The position numbers and the translations under genes were made by a program. A stretch of DNA of 24,431 bases from a virus (taxonomy: Duplodnaviria > Heunggongvirae > Uroviricota > Caudoviricetes), in the IMG/VR virus record IMGVR_UViG_2663762939_000013. One strand, written 5' to 3'. Below are positions 9,812-19,137 of this stretch, in pieces. The notes under the pieces were generated by a model. The model did no database searches. It was not told the DNA's origin and saw only the letters and a list, made by a program, of their open reading frames with translations. Each line of letters starts with the position of its first letter. Position 1 is the first letter of the stretch.

Positions 9812-10906
9812 ATGAGCAGACCGGACTGGGGGGCGTTGCAGCAGGAGTATATTGCTGAATACACCCGCTCCGGTATATCTCCGGTGGCATGGTGTGAAGC
9901 AAGGGGACTGAATTACGCAACAGCCCGTCGTTACATCAAAAAAACTCCGAAAAATGCGCAGACAGAAATGTGCAAAACTGCGCAAAAAAGTGCGCAGAAA
10001 AAATCTGCGCAGACTGCACAAAAGCGGAACGAAAAATCTCAGGAAAAAAAGCCAGTATTCGATGCGGGCCTGAATGAGGGCGACGCGGAGGAATTTTCGT
10101 TCTGTCCCGATGAATTCGGCATTTCTGACCAGCAGGCTAAGTTTGCGATGCTTGTTGCTCAGGGTAAAAAGCCGACAGAGGCGTACCGACTAGCCGGTTA
10201 TGAGGGGCAAGGTGCGACAGCTAATAGCAACGCCAGTCGTATGCTTAGAAATGCCAGGGTTTTTCGCGCTATCAGCTACTTCCGCAATCAGTACCAGAAA
10301 CGCTATACCGCAGACCTGGATTTACTAGTGAGTCAGTTGATGGCCATTGTCCTGGCCGACCCCAATCAGCTTGCACAATTTCGCCGTGTTAACTGCCGTT
10401 ATTGCTGGGGCGAGAATCATCTCTACCAGTGGCGCGATATAGCAGAATTCGACAAGGCAGCGGCGCAGGCTTCCAGAGATGGCAAACCCGAACCGGAATA
10501 TGGAGGCCTCGGCTTTGTTGATAACGCCATACCCAATCCGGACTGCCCGAAGTGCTGCGGTGAGGGAACGGGACAGCTTTATATGGCTGATACCACTCTG
10601 CTTGATGGGGATGCGCGGCAATTATATGCAGGGGCAAAATTCGGAAAATTCGGCGTTGAGATCCTGCTGGAGGATAAGGCTGCCGCCCGGCGTGAATTGT
10701 TGCGTTTGCTTTCTGCTGGCGGGGCTTTATGTGCAGATAAGCGGCTACAGGAACTGGAAATTGAACGGCGCAGAATGGAAAACCAGAAGCTGCGCAAAGA
10801 GATCGAAACGGTGGAAGATAATGAACATCCCCAGCCTGTGGCGATCAATATTAATGTGGTTGATGCCAGAGTAAGGAGTGATGAAGATGATCTCTCCGAC
10901 GCTTAA
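9812..10906 (+). CDS. Terminase small subunit (Terminase_2/P27-like core) with N-terminal extension, CxxC...CxxC zinc ribbon and C-terminal coiled coil, 364 aa
   Basis: Core QQAKFAMLVAQGKKPTEAYRLAGYEGQGATANSNASRMLRNARVFRAI matches the conserved terminase small subunit pattern; NCRYCWGENH...DCPKCCGEG zinc-ribbon-like cysteines; immediately upstream of and overlapping the large terminase. Confidence 0.8.
   Translation: MSRPDWGALQQEYIAEYTRSGISPVAWCEARGLNYATARRYIKKTPKNAQTEMCKTAQKSAQKKSAQTAQKRNEKSQEKKPVFDAGLNEGDAEEFSFCPDEFGISDQQAKFAMLVAQGKKPTEAYRLAGYEGQGATANSNASRMLRNARVFRAISYFRNQYQKRYTADLDLLVSQLMAIVLADPNQLAQFRRVNCRYCWGENHLYQWRDIAEFDKAAAQASRDGKPEPEYGGLGFVDNAIPNPDCPKCCGEGTGQLYMADTTLLDGDARQLYAGAKFGKFGVEILLEDKAAARRELLRLLSAGGALCADKRLQELEIERRRMENQKLRKEIETVEDNEHPQPVAININVVDARVRSDEDDLSDA
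9955..10020 (+). repeat. Array of six TGCGCA/TGTGCA/TGCACA palindromic hexamers inside the TerS gene (candidate pac/TerS-binding repeats; also encodes an AQK peptide repeat)
   Basis: Hexamers start at 9955, 9969, 9979, 9991, 10006, 10015 (spacing 9-15 bp); protein here reads NAQTEMCKTAQKSAQKKSAQTAQK. Confidence 0.5.
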
Positions 10907-12188
10907 TGTGCCTCAGGCGCGATTTCTTTCAATGCCCCATAAATTTAAAGCCTATATTGCTGGTTTTGGCTCGGGCAAAACATGGGTTGGGTGTGGCGGC
11001 ATATGCAAGGGGATTTGGGAGCATCCAGGTATAAATCAGGGATATTTTGCGCCAACGTATCCCCAAATTCGCGATATTTTTTACCCTACAGTGGAAGAAG
11101 TTGCTGCTGACTGGGGATTGAACGTAAAAATTAATGAGGGAAATAAAGAGGTTCACTTTTATTACGGACGCCAGTATCGGGGAACCACTATCTGCAGATC
11201 GATGGAGAAGCCACAAACGATCGTCGGTTTCAAAATTGGTAATGCGTTGGTGGATGAACTGGACATTTTGCCGAAGGAAAAAGCCAGAACGGCGTGGCGC
11301 AAGATAATTGCACGTATGCGTTATAAGATTGATGGACTTCGCAACGGTATTGACGTTACAACCACGCCGGAAGGATTCAAATTTGTCTACGAGCAGTTTG
11401 TTAAAGCCGTGCGTGAAAAAACAGAGCTGGCCTCACTGTATGGTCTGGTGCAGGCATCTACTTTCGATAATGAAAAGAACCTGCCAGCAGATTACATTCC
11501 TTCGCTTCTTGAATCATACCCTCCAGAGCTGATTAAAGCCTATCTTCGAGGACAGTTTACTAACCTGACAAGTGGTACTGTTTACCATCAGTTTGACCGG
11601 AAACTGAATAATTGCGAAGAAGTGGAGCAGCCAGGGGAGCCGATTTATATTGGGATGGATTTTAACGTTGGAAAGATGGCGGGAATCGTCCATGTGCTGC
11701 GTTTGGGGCTTCCATGTGCGGTAACTGAAATCATCAATGCCTACGATACGCCGGATATGATCCGCATCATTAAAGAACGCTTCTGGCTGTATGATGGGAA
11801 TGATTACCGGAAAGTGAGGGAAATTTATATTTATCCAGATGCTTCCGGGGATTCCAGAAAATCAAGTAACGCAAGTACGACGGATATAGCCCAGCTTAAG
11901 CAGGCTGGTTTTAACGTTGTGGTGAACAGCTCGAACCCGCCAGTAAAAGATCGCGTTAACTCAATGAATGCAATGTTCTGCAATGCCAATGGTGAGCGTC
12001 GCTATAAAGTTAATGTGAAGCGTTGCCCGTTATATGCCGAATCTCTGGAGCAACAGGTCTGGGATGAGAAGGGGGAGCCTGATAAAAAATCTGGCAATGA
12101 TCACCCGAATGATGCCGGAGGTTATTTCATCGTTAAGCAATTCCCTATTGTCAAACCGACCGGAAGAGTCACATCACTTCGGATTTAA
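10887..12188 (+). CDS. Terminase large subunit (ATPase/nuclease)
   Basis: Walker A motif AGFGSGKTW near N-terminus; ATG at 10887 has AAGGAG 8 nt upstream (in-frame GTG/ATG at 10878/10881 also possible); follows TerS; about 430 aa. Confidence 0.9.
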   Translation: MISPTLNVPQARFLSMPHKFKAYIAGFGSGKTWVGCGGICKGIWEHPGINQGYFAPTYPQIRDIFYPTVEEVAADWGLNVKINEGNKEVHFYYGRQYRGTTICRSMEKPQTIVGFKIGNALVDELDILPKEKARTAWRKIIARMRYKIDGLRNGIDVTTTPEGFKFVYEQFVKAVREKTELASLYGLVQASTFDNEKNLPADYIPSLLESYPPELIKAYLRGQFTNLTSGTVYHQFDRKLNNCEEVEQPGEPIYIGMDFNVGKMAGIVHVLRLGLPCAVTEIINAYDTPDMIRIIKERFWLYDGNDYRKVREIYIYPDASGDSRKSSNASTTDIAQLKQAGFNVVVNSSNPPVKDRVNSMNAMFCNANGERRYKVNVKRCPLYAESLEQQVWDEKGEPDKKSGNDHPNDAGGYFIVKQFPIVKPTGRVTSLRI

Positions 12189-12190
12189 TT

Positions 12191-13597
12191 ATGGCTGATA
12201 TATCAACACCCAACCTCGACTATAACGATATGCTGGAGGCGTGGGATATTAACGACGCACTGATGGGCGGTACGCTTGAAATGCGCAGGCAGGGGGAAAA
12301 TTATCTCCCAAAATGGCCTAACGAAGATGAAGACGCTTATAAAAAACGCCTGTCTGTGGCTACGCTACTTCCTGTGTATGAAGAAAGCATCAAGCAAAAT
12401 ATTGGGCGCATATTTGCAGAGCCGACAGTATTGAGTGAGGAAACGCCGGCAAAAATCAGGGAATATGCAGAAAATATCGACATGGAGGGGAGCCGACTGG
12501 ATGTGTGGGCGCAGCAATTTTTCAGCCTCGCATTTCAGTATGGTGTGGCACATGCGCTGGTGGACTATCCACGAACGGATATGAAAGAGATTCGGACAAA
12601 AGCCGATGAAAACGCGGCCGGTGGTCGTCCGTACGTTACGATGCTGAATCCACGCCAGGTTATTGGATGGAAATCGAAAGTTGAAAAAGGGAAAGTTGTT
12701 CTCACTGATTTGCGTATAAAAGAGGTCATCATTATTGATGGTGATGATTTCGGGCAGAAGAAGGTGGAGCAGATCCGCCATATTATGCCCCGTCGAGTTG
12801 AAATTTATCGACGTAGCGAAGGCACTAATGGCGAATCTGTCTGGACGCTTCATGAGTCATGGAATACCAGCCGTGATGATATTCCTCTGGTAACACTGTA
12901 CACGAAGAAAACAGGATTTATGCGTGGTACACCGCCATTGCTTAATCTTGGCTTGCTGAATATCAAGCACTGGCAAAGCCAGAGCGAGCAGGACAATATT
13001 CTTCATGTTGCCCGCGTTCCATTGCTGGTGGCCTACGGGCTGGACAGGAATGAAGAACTGACGGTTGGTGCATCCACCGCTACGATTTTTGAGGACAGAA
13101 CAAAAAATGGCCTCGAATATGTTGAACATAGTGGCGCAGCGATAGAATCTGGCGAAACATCACTTGAGAAGCTGGAAAATCAGATGCGTCATGCCGGCGC
13201 TAAACTTCTGCGTGCTGAAAATACATCCACCAAATCTGTTGATCAGACTAATGAAGAGCGAATGCAGGAAAACTCGCCGCTTTATACAATGGCGAACTCC
13301 CTCGAAGATGCCCTCGATAATATTCTCCAGATAATGGCGGAATGGATCGGAGAGAGTTGCGGTGGCAATGTGGATGTGCGCACTGAACTGGATGTATCTG
13401 CCCAGGTGTTTGACTCATCCTCCGCGCTGGCTGTTCAGTCATTGCGTCAGGGCGGTGATATACGTCAGATTGATGCGGTTCGGGTGTTGCAGGCGTTGAA
13501 ATTTATCGATCAGGATTCCCGTCCAGAGGAAGTGATCGATGAATTAAAAAATCAGAGTGTAATGCTGATGGAAATCAATGATGCAAACCGTGAATGA
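12191..13597 (+). CDS. Portal protein, 468 aa
   Basis: Large ORF immediately after terminase large subunit (start 2 nt after its stop); size and position typical of portal; no domain-level confirmation. Confidence 0.75.
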   Translation: MADISTPNLDYNDMLEAWDINDALMGGTLEMRRQGENYLPKWPNEDEDAYKKRLSVATLLPVYEESIKQNIGRIFAEPTVLSEETPAKIREYAENIDMEGSRLDVWAQQFFSLAFQYGVAHALVDYPRTDMKEIRTKADENAAGGRPYVTMLNPRQVIGWKSKVEKGKVVLTDLRIKEVIIIDGDDFGQKKVEQIRHIMPRRVEIYRRSEGTNGESVWTLHESWNTSRDDIPLVTLYTKKTGFMRGTPPLLNLGLLNIKHWQSQSEQDNILHVARVPLLVAYGLDRNEELTVGASTATIFEDRTKNGLEYVEHSGAAIESGETSLEKLENQMRHAGAKLLRAENTSTKSVDQTNEERMQENSPLYTMANSLEDALDNILQIMAEWIGESCGGNVDVRTELDVSAQVFDSSSALAVQSLRQGGDIRQIDAVRVLQALKFIDQDSRPEEVIDELKNQSVMLMEINDANRE

Positions 13598-14693
13598 ACG
13601 GCTGCGTGATGAATCAATTGCTCATGCAGTCTGGATATCCCGCTATAGCACTGGCGTGGCTGCCAGAATGGTGAAAATACTGAATGACAGCGATGCGGAA
13701 CTTACTGCTCGCCTGCTGATAGCACTGGACAGCCTCGATCCAGGTAGTTTTACCGTTAAGCGCCTGGAGTCACTTCTGGCGAGCGTCAGAGAGGTTAACC
13801 GCACTGCTATTAACAGCATGTTTACCAGTCTCTCCGGAGAGCTGAACGAGCTGGCAATTTATGAGGCTGGTTATCAGTTAAGTCTGTTTGATTCTATGCT
13901 ACCTGATTTTGTTGCTGATGTTCACCCTCTGGTTGGTATCTCTCCTGATGCACTTTATGCCGCTGCAATGGCGCGACCATTCCAGGGACGACTGCTCAGT
14001 GAGTGGGCCTCAGATCTTGAAGCGGATCGGCTCAGACGCATAACAAATACAGTGCGTCAGGGTTTTTTGCTGGGGGATACCAATGAGCAGATCGCAAGAA
14101 AAATTCGGGGACATGTCAGTAAGGGATTTCAGGATGGTGCATTGCAGATGAGCCGGGCTAATGCGGCCAGCATTGCAAAAACAGCGGTTGGACATCTTGC
14201 TGCTACTGCCCGTGAGAGTTTTGCCAGCGCGAATAATGATTTGATTAAGGGTAAGCAATGGTTATCAACGCTTGATAATCGTACTACGCCACAATGTCGA
14301 ATCAGGGATCGCCTCAAATATACGCTGAATAATAAACCTGTAGGTCACAGCGTGCCTTATTTGCAGGGGCCGGGAAAAATTCATTTCTGCTGCCGCTCAA
14401 CGGAAACGTTCATTCTGAAATCAGCGAAGGAACTGGGTATTGATGTTCGCGATATTTCCCCGGCTGAGCGGGCCAGCATGGATGGCGTGGTGGCCGGAGA
14501 TACAACCTACAGGGAATGGTTTTTGCGTCAGCCTTACACCAGACAAAAACAGATTGTGGGGGAAACCCGAGCAAAGCTGATTCGGGATGGTGGTATGTCG
14601 CCAGATGAATTTTACACCGATAAAGGCGAATGGCTGACGCTGAAGCAGCTCCGTGAGCGTGATGCACAGGTATTCAGAAAAGCAGGGATTTAA
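13578..14693 (+). CDS. Head morphogenesis / minor head protein (SPP1 gp7 or Mu F-like by position), 371 aa
   Basis: Overlaps portal 3' end by 20 nt; position portal-then-minor-head-then-scaffold-then-capsid is typical of protease-less head modules. Confidence 0.6.
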   Translation: MMQTVNERLRDESIAHAVWISRYSTGVAARMVKILNDSDAELTARLLIALDSLDPGSFTVKRLESLLASVREVNRTAINSMFTSLSGELNELAIYEAGYQLSLFDSMLPDFVADVHPLVGISPDALYAAAMARPFQGRLLSEWASDLEADRLRRITNTVRQGFLLGDTNEQIARKIRGHVSKGFQDGALQMSRANAASIAKTAVGHLAATARESFASANNDLIKGKQWLSTLDNRTTPQCRIRDRLKYTLNNKPVGHSVPYLQGPGKIHFCCRSTETFILKSAKELGIDVRDISPAERASMDGVVAGDTTYREWFLRQPYTRQKQIVGETRAKLIRDGGMSPDEFYTDKGEWLTLKQLRERDAQVFRKAGI

Positions 14694-14712
14694 ATAAATC
14701 ATTTATTACAAC

Positions 14713-14740
14713 AGGCTACCTTCGGGTGGCCTTTTTTATT
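14713..14740 (+). terminator. Rho-independent terminator after the head morphogenesis gene
   Basis: AGGCTACC-TTCG-GGTGGCCT hairpin (one G-U pair) followed by TTTTTTATT, 20 nt after the stop codon. Confidence 0.7.
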
Positions 14741-14797
14741 GCTGCGATCCGGATGGTGAGCAGCGTAACTGTCGGAAGACTTAAACCAGGTACTAAT

Positions 14798-15562
14798 ATG
14801 AAACTGAAAACGGTCGAGATTAACGGAAAACAATACGCAGAAATTGATACTGCTGGCCTGCCAGTTTATGTGCACGACGATGGTAAAGAAATTGGCTTCG
14901 ATGCACCGCTGGCGACAAAAAAAATTACAGAGCTTAATGGCGAGGCAAAAAATCATCGCCTGGCTAAAGAAGCTGCAGAGGAAAAACTGGCTAAGTTTGC
15001 CGCTATCGAAGACCCGAAGAAGGCGATCGAGGCACTGGAAATGCTGTCAAAAATCGACCAGAAAAAGCTGCTCGATGCGGGACAGGTTGACCAGGTTAAG
15101 GCAGAAATTACGAAAAATTTTCAGCAGCAATTAGATGAAGAAAAGCAACGCTCTCAGATGCTGGAGAAGCAGCTTTACGATTCTATGATTGGCGGTAGTT
15201 TTGCGGGTTCAAAATATATTGCCGATAAAATTGCGATCCCGGCAGATTTATTACAAGCCCGCTTCGGGCAGGCATTCAAAGTGGAAGAAGGGAGGATCGT
15301 TGCTTATGACGCTTCCGGCAACAAAATTTATTCCCGCGCGAAGCCTGGCGAACTGGCGCAGTTTGATGAGGCGCTGGAGTTCCTTGTCGAAAATTACCCT
15401 CAGAAAGACTACATCCTGAAAGCCAGTGGCAACAATGGCGGCGGCTCCCGTCCGACACAGCATGATATTGGTCAGAAAACGATGAAACGCTCTGCTTTTG
15501 ATGCACTGGATGTTGCAGGTAAGCAAAACGCATTGAAAGACGGTATCACAATCGTTGATTAA
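14798..15562 (+). CDS. Scaffolding protein (putative), 254 aa
   Basis: Highly charged, alpha-helical-looking (K/E/A/Q rich) protein immediately upstream of the major capsid gene; ATG at 14798 chosen after the terminator. Confidence 0.65.
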   Translation: MKLKTVEINGKQYAEIDTAGLPVYVHDDGKEIGFDAPLATKKITELNGEAKNHRLAKEAAEEKLAKFAAIEDPKKAIEALEMLSKIDQKKLLDAGQVDQVKAEITKNFQQQLDEEKQRSQMLEKQLYDSMIGGSFAGSKYIADKIAIPADLLQARFGQAFKVEEGRIVAYDASGNKIYSRAKPGELAQFDEALEFLVENYPQKDYILKASGNNGGGSRPTQHDIGQKTMKRSAFDALDVAGKQNALKDGITIVD

Positions 15563-15660
15563 CACATTTGTCAGCTTCCGGATGGGAGCTGGTGTCAGGG
15601 CTGGATAGCTCATTACTCCATCTATTCACAATTACGCAAATTTTTAAGGAATATTTAATT

Positions 15661-16800
15661 ATGGCTGGAAATACCCTGACCGGGTTGATCCCGACTATTT
15701 ATACCGCCCTGGATGTTGTATCCCGTGAGCAGGTAGGTTTTATCCCTGCGGTAGCAAAAAACGCAAAAGCTGACGCCGCAGCAAAAGATCAGACGGTAAC
15801 CGCGCCAGTTGCGCCTGAGGCGAAAACCGAAGATATCGTACCGGGGCCGTCAGCTCCGAATACCGGTGATCAAAATATTGGCACTGTTGATGTAAAAATT
15901 ACTAAATCCAAAATGGCACCGGTTAAATGGAATGGTGAAGAACAACTGGCTCTTGGCCCTTCAGGGACTTACAACACCATTCTGGCTGATCAGTTCAAGC
16001 AGGCTTTTCGCGCCCTTGCAAACGAGGTTGAGGCTGATCTTGGTGCGTTGTATTTCGGTGCTTCCCGCGCCGTGGGAACCGCAGGGACAACGCCGTTTGG
16101 TGTTAAAGATGATCTTTCTGATGCTGCTCTGGCTCGTCAGGTTCTGGAGGATAACGGCGCACCGACAACCGATCTGCAGATGGTGCTTGGCTCCACTGCC
16201 ATTGCTAATTTGCGCGGAAAACAGTCTGTATTGTTTAAAGTGAATGAATCCGGCACTGAACAGCTACTGCGTGAGGGCGTGTTGGGGCGTCTGGAGGGAT
16301 TCAATATTCACAGTTCGGCAGGTGTGAAACGAGCGCCAAAGGTTGCTGCAACTGGTTATCTCGTGAATGGAGAGAAAAAAGAAGGCGATGTTCTTATTTC
16401 CATTGATACTGGTTCGGGGAGTATTTCTGCAGGTCAGATTGTTACGTTCGCTGGTGATCCGAATCAGTATGTTGTGGCAGCAGCGACCAGCAATCTGATT
16501 ACTCTTGCAGCGCCCGGACTGCGTCAGGATCTGGCCGATGATACTGCCATCACAGTTGTTGGGGCCTTTACTGCAAATATGGCGTTTGATCGCAACGCGT
16601 TTCTGCTGGCATCCCGTACTCCGGCAATGCCGGAAGGTGGCGATAATGCTGATGATGTAATGAATGTTACGGACCCGATTTCAGGGATTACGTTCCAGAT
16701 TGCACTGTATCGTCAGTATCGCCAGGTGCGCTATGAAGTTGGACTGGCATGGGGTGTTTCATCAGTGAAGCCGGCACATGGTTGTCTGATTCTTGGTTAA
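15661..16800 (+). CDS. Major capsid (coat) protein, 379 aa
   Basis: ATG at 15661 with AAGGAA upstream; about 380 aa, G/A/T-rich composition typical of coat proteins; followed by a strong terminator hairpin. Confidence 0.75.
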   Translation: MAGNTLTGLIPTIYTALDVVSREQVGFIPAVAKNAKADAAAKDQTVTAPVAPEAKTEDIVPGPSAPNTGDQNIGTVDVKITKSKMAPVKWNGEEQLALGPSGTYNTILADQFKQAFRALANEVEADLGALYFGASRAVGTAGTTPFGVKDDLSDAALARQVLEDNGAPTTDLQMVLGSTAIANLRGKQSVLFKVNESGTEQLLREGVLGRLEGFNIHSSAGVKRAPKVAATGYLVNGEKKEGDVLISIDTGSGSISAGQIVTFAGDPNQYVVAAATSNLITLAAPGLRQDLADDTAITVVGAFTANMAFDRNAFLLASRTPAMPEGGDNADDVMNVTDPISGITFQIALYRQYRQVRYEVGLAWGVSSVKPAHGCLILG

Positions 16801-16810
16801 ACATTCAAAC

Positions 16811-16830
16811 GGGGCTTCGGCCCCATTTTT
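16811..16830 (+). terminator. Rho-independent terminator after the capsid gene
   Basis: GGGGC-TTCG-GCCCC hairpin followed by ATTTTTAA, 11 nt after the capsid stop codon. Confidence 0.7.
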
Positions 16831-16842
16831 AATGGGGGGCAT

Positions 16843-17019
16843 ATGGCCGGATTAACTAAAGAGCAAAGAGCACAGCGTGAAGCCGCACAAAAAACGCAAA
16901 TTGAGTTAGTGGTTATGGTGACCGATTATCAGATGTTTCCCGGCGCACCAACTATCGCTAATGTTCATCCTGATGAAGTTGACAACTGGAAGGCTATGGG
17001 CTGGAAAACTCAGGAGTAA
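16843..17019 (+). CDS. Small hypothetical protein, 58 aa
   Basis: ATG at 16843 downstream of GGGGGG; ends at TAA 17017-17019, 3 nt before the next gene start and overlapping its CAGGAG Shine-Dalgarno; below the size cutoff of the supplied ORF track. Confidence 0.35.
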   Translation: MAGLTKEQRAQREAAQKTQIELVVMVTDYQMFPGAPTIANVHPDEVDNWKAMGWKTQE

Positions 17020-17022
17020 CAC

Positions 17023-17418
17023 ATGATCACTTACGTGACCTGTGATGACGTTGATAATGCGTTTGGGAACGCCTGGACGAGTGAGAACGCTAAAAATAAA
17101 GCTGTTTTAATGGCTAATGCCTGGCTTAATGGCTTCAACCTGAAAATTAACCCATCCCGTATTCCGGAAGAGGTAAAACTTGCGGGAGCATATGCAGCCA
17201 GAATTGCCTCATTCGGTAAGTTGTTTCAGCAGAAAAATGATTCTGGCGTTGTTATCAGTAAAGCCGTGTCGGCTGACGGGGTCAGTGTATCGAAATCATT
17301 TTCTGAGTTGCCAGCAAACAGCACTGCATTGCTTGAACCCGATTTACAGCTTGCGATAGCACTGCTGAAACAGTACGGACTTAGTCGCTCACAAGTCAGG
17401 GTTGTGAGGGGGGGATAA
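17023..17418 (+). CDS. Head-tail connector / adaptor protein (gp6-like by position), 131 aa
   Basis: Strong RBS CAGGAG; stop overlaps start of next gene (TAATG); position after capsid gene. Confidence 0.6.
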   Translation: MITYVTCDDVDNAFGNAWTSENAKNKAVLMANAWLNGFNLKINPSRIPEEVKLAGAYAARIASFGKLFQQKNDSGVVISKAVSADGVSVSKSFSELPANSTALLEPDLQLAIALLKQYGLSRSQVRVVRGG

Positions 17419-17715
17419 TGGGGCTTCGTGAAGAGATTCAGTCAGAGGTTGCCGCTGCTTTTGATGAGGATTTAGCGGACGCCGTGAGTGATTTTTCTGG
17501 TTCTTACGTTACGCACCGGCACTGGGATCCTGTGACGGAAACTGGCGGCGAATCCACCGCAATCTATACCGGGCGAGGCGTGTTGACACGTTATAAGCTG
17601 GGCAGAATTGATGGGATTAATATTTTGCATGGTGACCTTAAATTAACCGCTCTGGTATGCGAGGTTACGGATAAACCAGCTGTCGACCATATTATTGAGA
17701 TTTATGATCCTGTAT

Positions 17716-17720
17716 CAAGG
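17716..17720. repeat. IS2 target-site duplication, left copy (CAAGG)
   Basis: 5-bp CAAGG immediately left of the IS2 end at 17721; identical copy at 19052-19056. Confidence 0.9.
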
Positions 17721-17731
17721 TGGATTTGCCC

Positions 17732-18637
17732 CTATATTTCCAGACATCTGTTATCACTTAACCCATTACAAGCCCGCTGCCGCAGATATTCCCGTGGCGA
17801 GCGATAACCCAGCGCACTATGCGGATGCCATTCGTTATAATGCTCGAACGCCTCTGCAAGGTTCTTTGCTGCCGTTAACCCGTCTGGTTTGGGCATGATA
17901 CTGATGTAGTCACGCTTTATCGTTTTCACGAAGCTCTCTGCTATTCCGTTACTCTCCGGACTCCGCACCGCCGTGTTCTTCGGTTCAAGTCCCAACATCC
18001 GGGCGAACTGGCGTGTTTCATTAGCCCGGTAGCATGAACCATTATCCGTCAGCCACTCCACTGGAGACGACGGAAGATCGTTGCCGAAGCGGCGTTCCAC
18101 CGCTCCCAGCATGACGTCCTGTACTGTTTCACTGTTGAAGCCGCCGGTAGTGACCGCCCAGTGCAGTGCCTCACGATCACAGCAGTCCAGCGCGAACGTG
18201 ACACGCAGTCTCTCTCCGTTATCACAGCAGAACTCGAACCCGTCAGAGCACCATCGCTGATTGCTTTCTTTCACGGCCACTCTGCCTGTATGTGCCCGTT
18301 TCGATGGCGGTACAGCAGGTTTTCGCTCAAGCAACAGCGCATTCTGGCGCATGATCCGGTAAACACGTTTGGCATTGATCGCAGGCATACCATCAAGTTC
18401 TGCCTGTCTGCGAAGCAGCGCCCATACCCGACGATAACCATACGTTGGCAGCTCTCCGATAACATGGTGTATACGGAGAAGCACATCCGTATCATCAGTG
18501 TGACGACTGCGGCGGCCATCCATCCAGTCATCGGTTCGTCTGAGAATGACGTGCAACTGCGCACGCGACACCCGGAGACAACGGCTGACTAAGCTTACTC
18601 CCCATCCCCGGGCAATAAGGGCGCGTGCGCTATCCAC
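17732..18637 (-). CDS. insD: IS2 transposase InsD (orfB), 301 aa
   Basis: Translation [37 protein letters not shown]... ending ...NRCLEI recognised as IS2 InsD; overlaps insC, consistent with the frameshift fusion arrangement. Confidence 0.95.
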
Positions 18638-18960
18638 TTTTTTGCCCGTCCATATTCAACGGCTTCTTTGAGGAGTTCATTTTCCATCGTTTTCTTGCCG
18701 AGCAGGCGCTGGAGTTCTTTAATCTGCTTCATGGCGGCAGCAAGTTCAGAGGCAGGAACAACCTGTTCTCCGGCGGCGACAGCAGTAAGACTTCCTTCCT
18801 GGTATTGCTTACGCCAGAGAAATAACTGGCTGGCTGCTACACCATGTTGCCGGGCAACGAGGGAGACCGTCATCCCCGGTTCAAAGCTCTGCTGAACAAT
18901 TGCGATCTTTTCCTGTGTGGTACGCCGTCTGCGTTTCTCCGGCCCTAAGACATCAATCAT
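18595..18960 (-). CDS. insC: IS2 InsC (orfA) HTH protein, 121 aa
   Basis: [56 protein letters not shown]... recognised as IS2 InsC. Confidence 0.95.
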
Positions 18961-19051
18961 CTGTTCTCCAATGACTAGTCTAAAAACTAGTATTAAGACT
19001 ATCACTTATTTAAGTGATATTGGTTGTCTGGAGATTCAGGGGGCCAGTCTA

Positions 19052-19056
19052 CAAGG
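19052..19056. repeat. IS2 target-site duplication, right copy (CAAGG)
   Basis: 5-bp CAAGG immediately right of the IS2 end at 19051. Confidence 0.9.
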
Positions 19057-19137
19057 CAGTTACAACGATACGAGGTAATTACAGCAAGTGTAGATCCTTC
19101 CGCATCAGTTTACTCTATCCAGTTAAGGAGAGCGTAA

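Larger units (their letters stand above)
17721..19051 (-). mobile_element. IS2 insertion sequence, complete, 1331 bp
   Basis: Ends TGGATTTGCCCCTATATTTCCAGACATCTG (17721-) and GGAGATTCAGGGGGCCAGTCTA (-19051); contains insC/insD; flanked by direct CAAGG repeats. Confidence 0.95.
17418..19137 (+). pseudogene. Head closure / head-tail joining gene interrupted by IS2 after codon 101 (intact gene would encode 127 aa)
   Basis: Frame 17418-17720 (101 codons) is cut by IS2; removing IS2 and one copy of the CAAGG duplication restores an ORF ending ...[31 protein letters not shown]-stop at 19135-19137, 1 nt before the next gene start. Confidence 0.7.

Noticed and set aside
9955-10020. Short repeat array considered as a possible CRISPR array or REP element
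   Set aside because: Repeats are 6-bp palindromes with irregular 9-15 bp spacing inside a coding frame; no spacer-repeat structure.
12365-13442. Minus-strand ORFs (64-162 aa) within the portal gene
   Set aside because: Antisense to a large, well-supported structural gene; no start context; shadow ORFs.
14010-15613. Minus-strand and alternative-frame ORFs within the head morphogenesis and scaffold genes
   Set aside because: Overlap confidently placed plus-strand genes in an operon with tight coupling; no features suggesting expression.
18161-18895. Plus-strand ORFs inside IS2
   Set aside because: Antisense to insC/insD within a canonical IS2; not separate genes.
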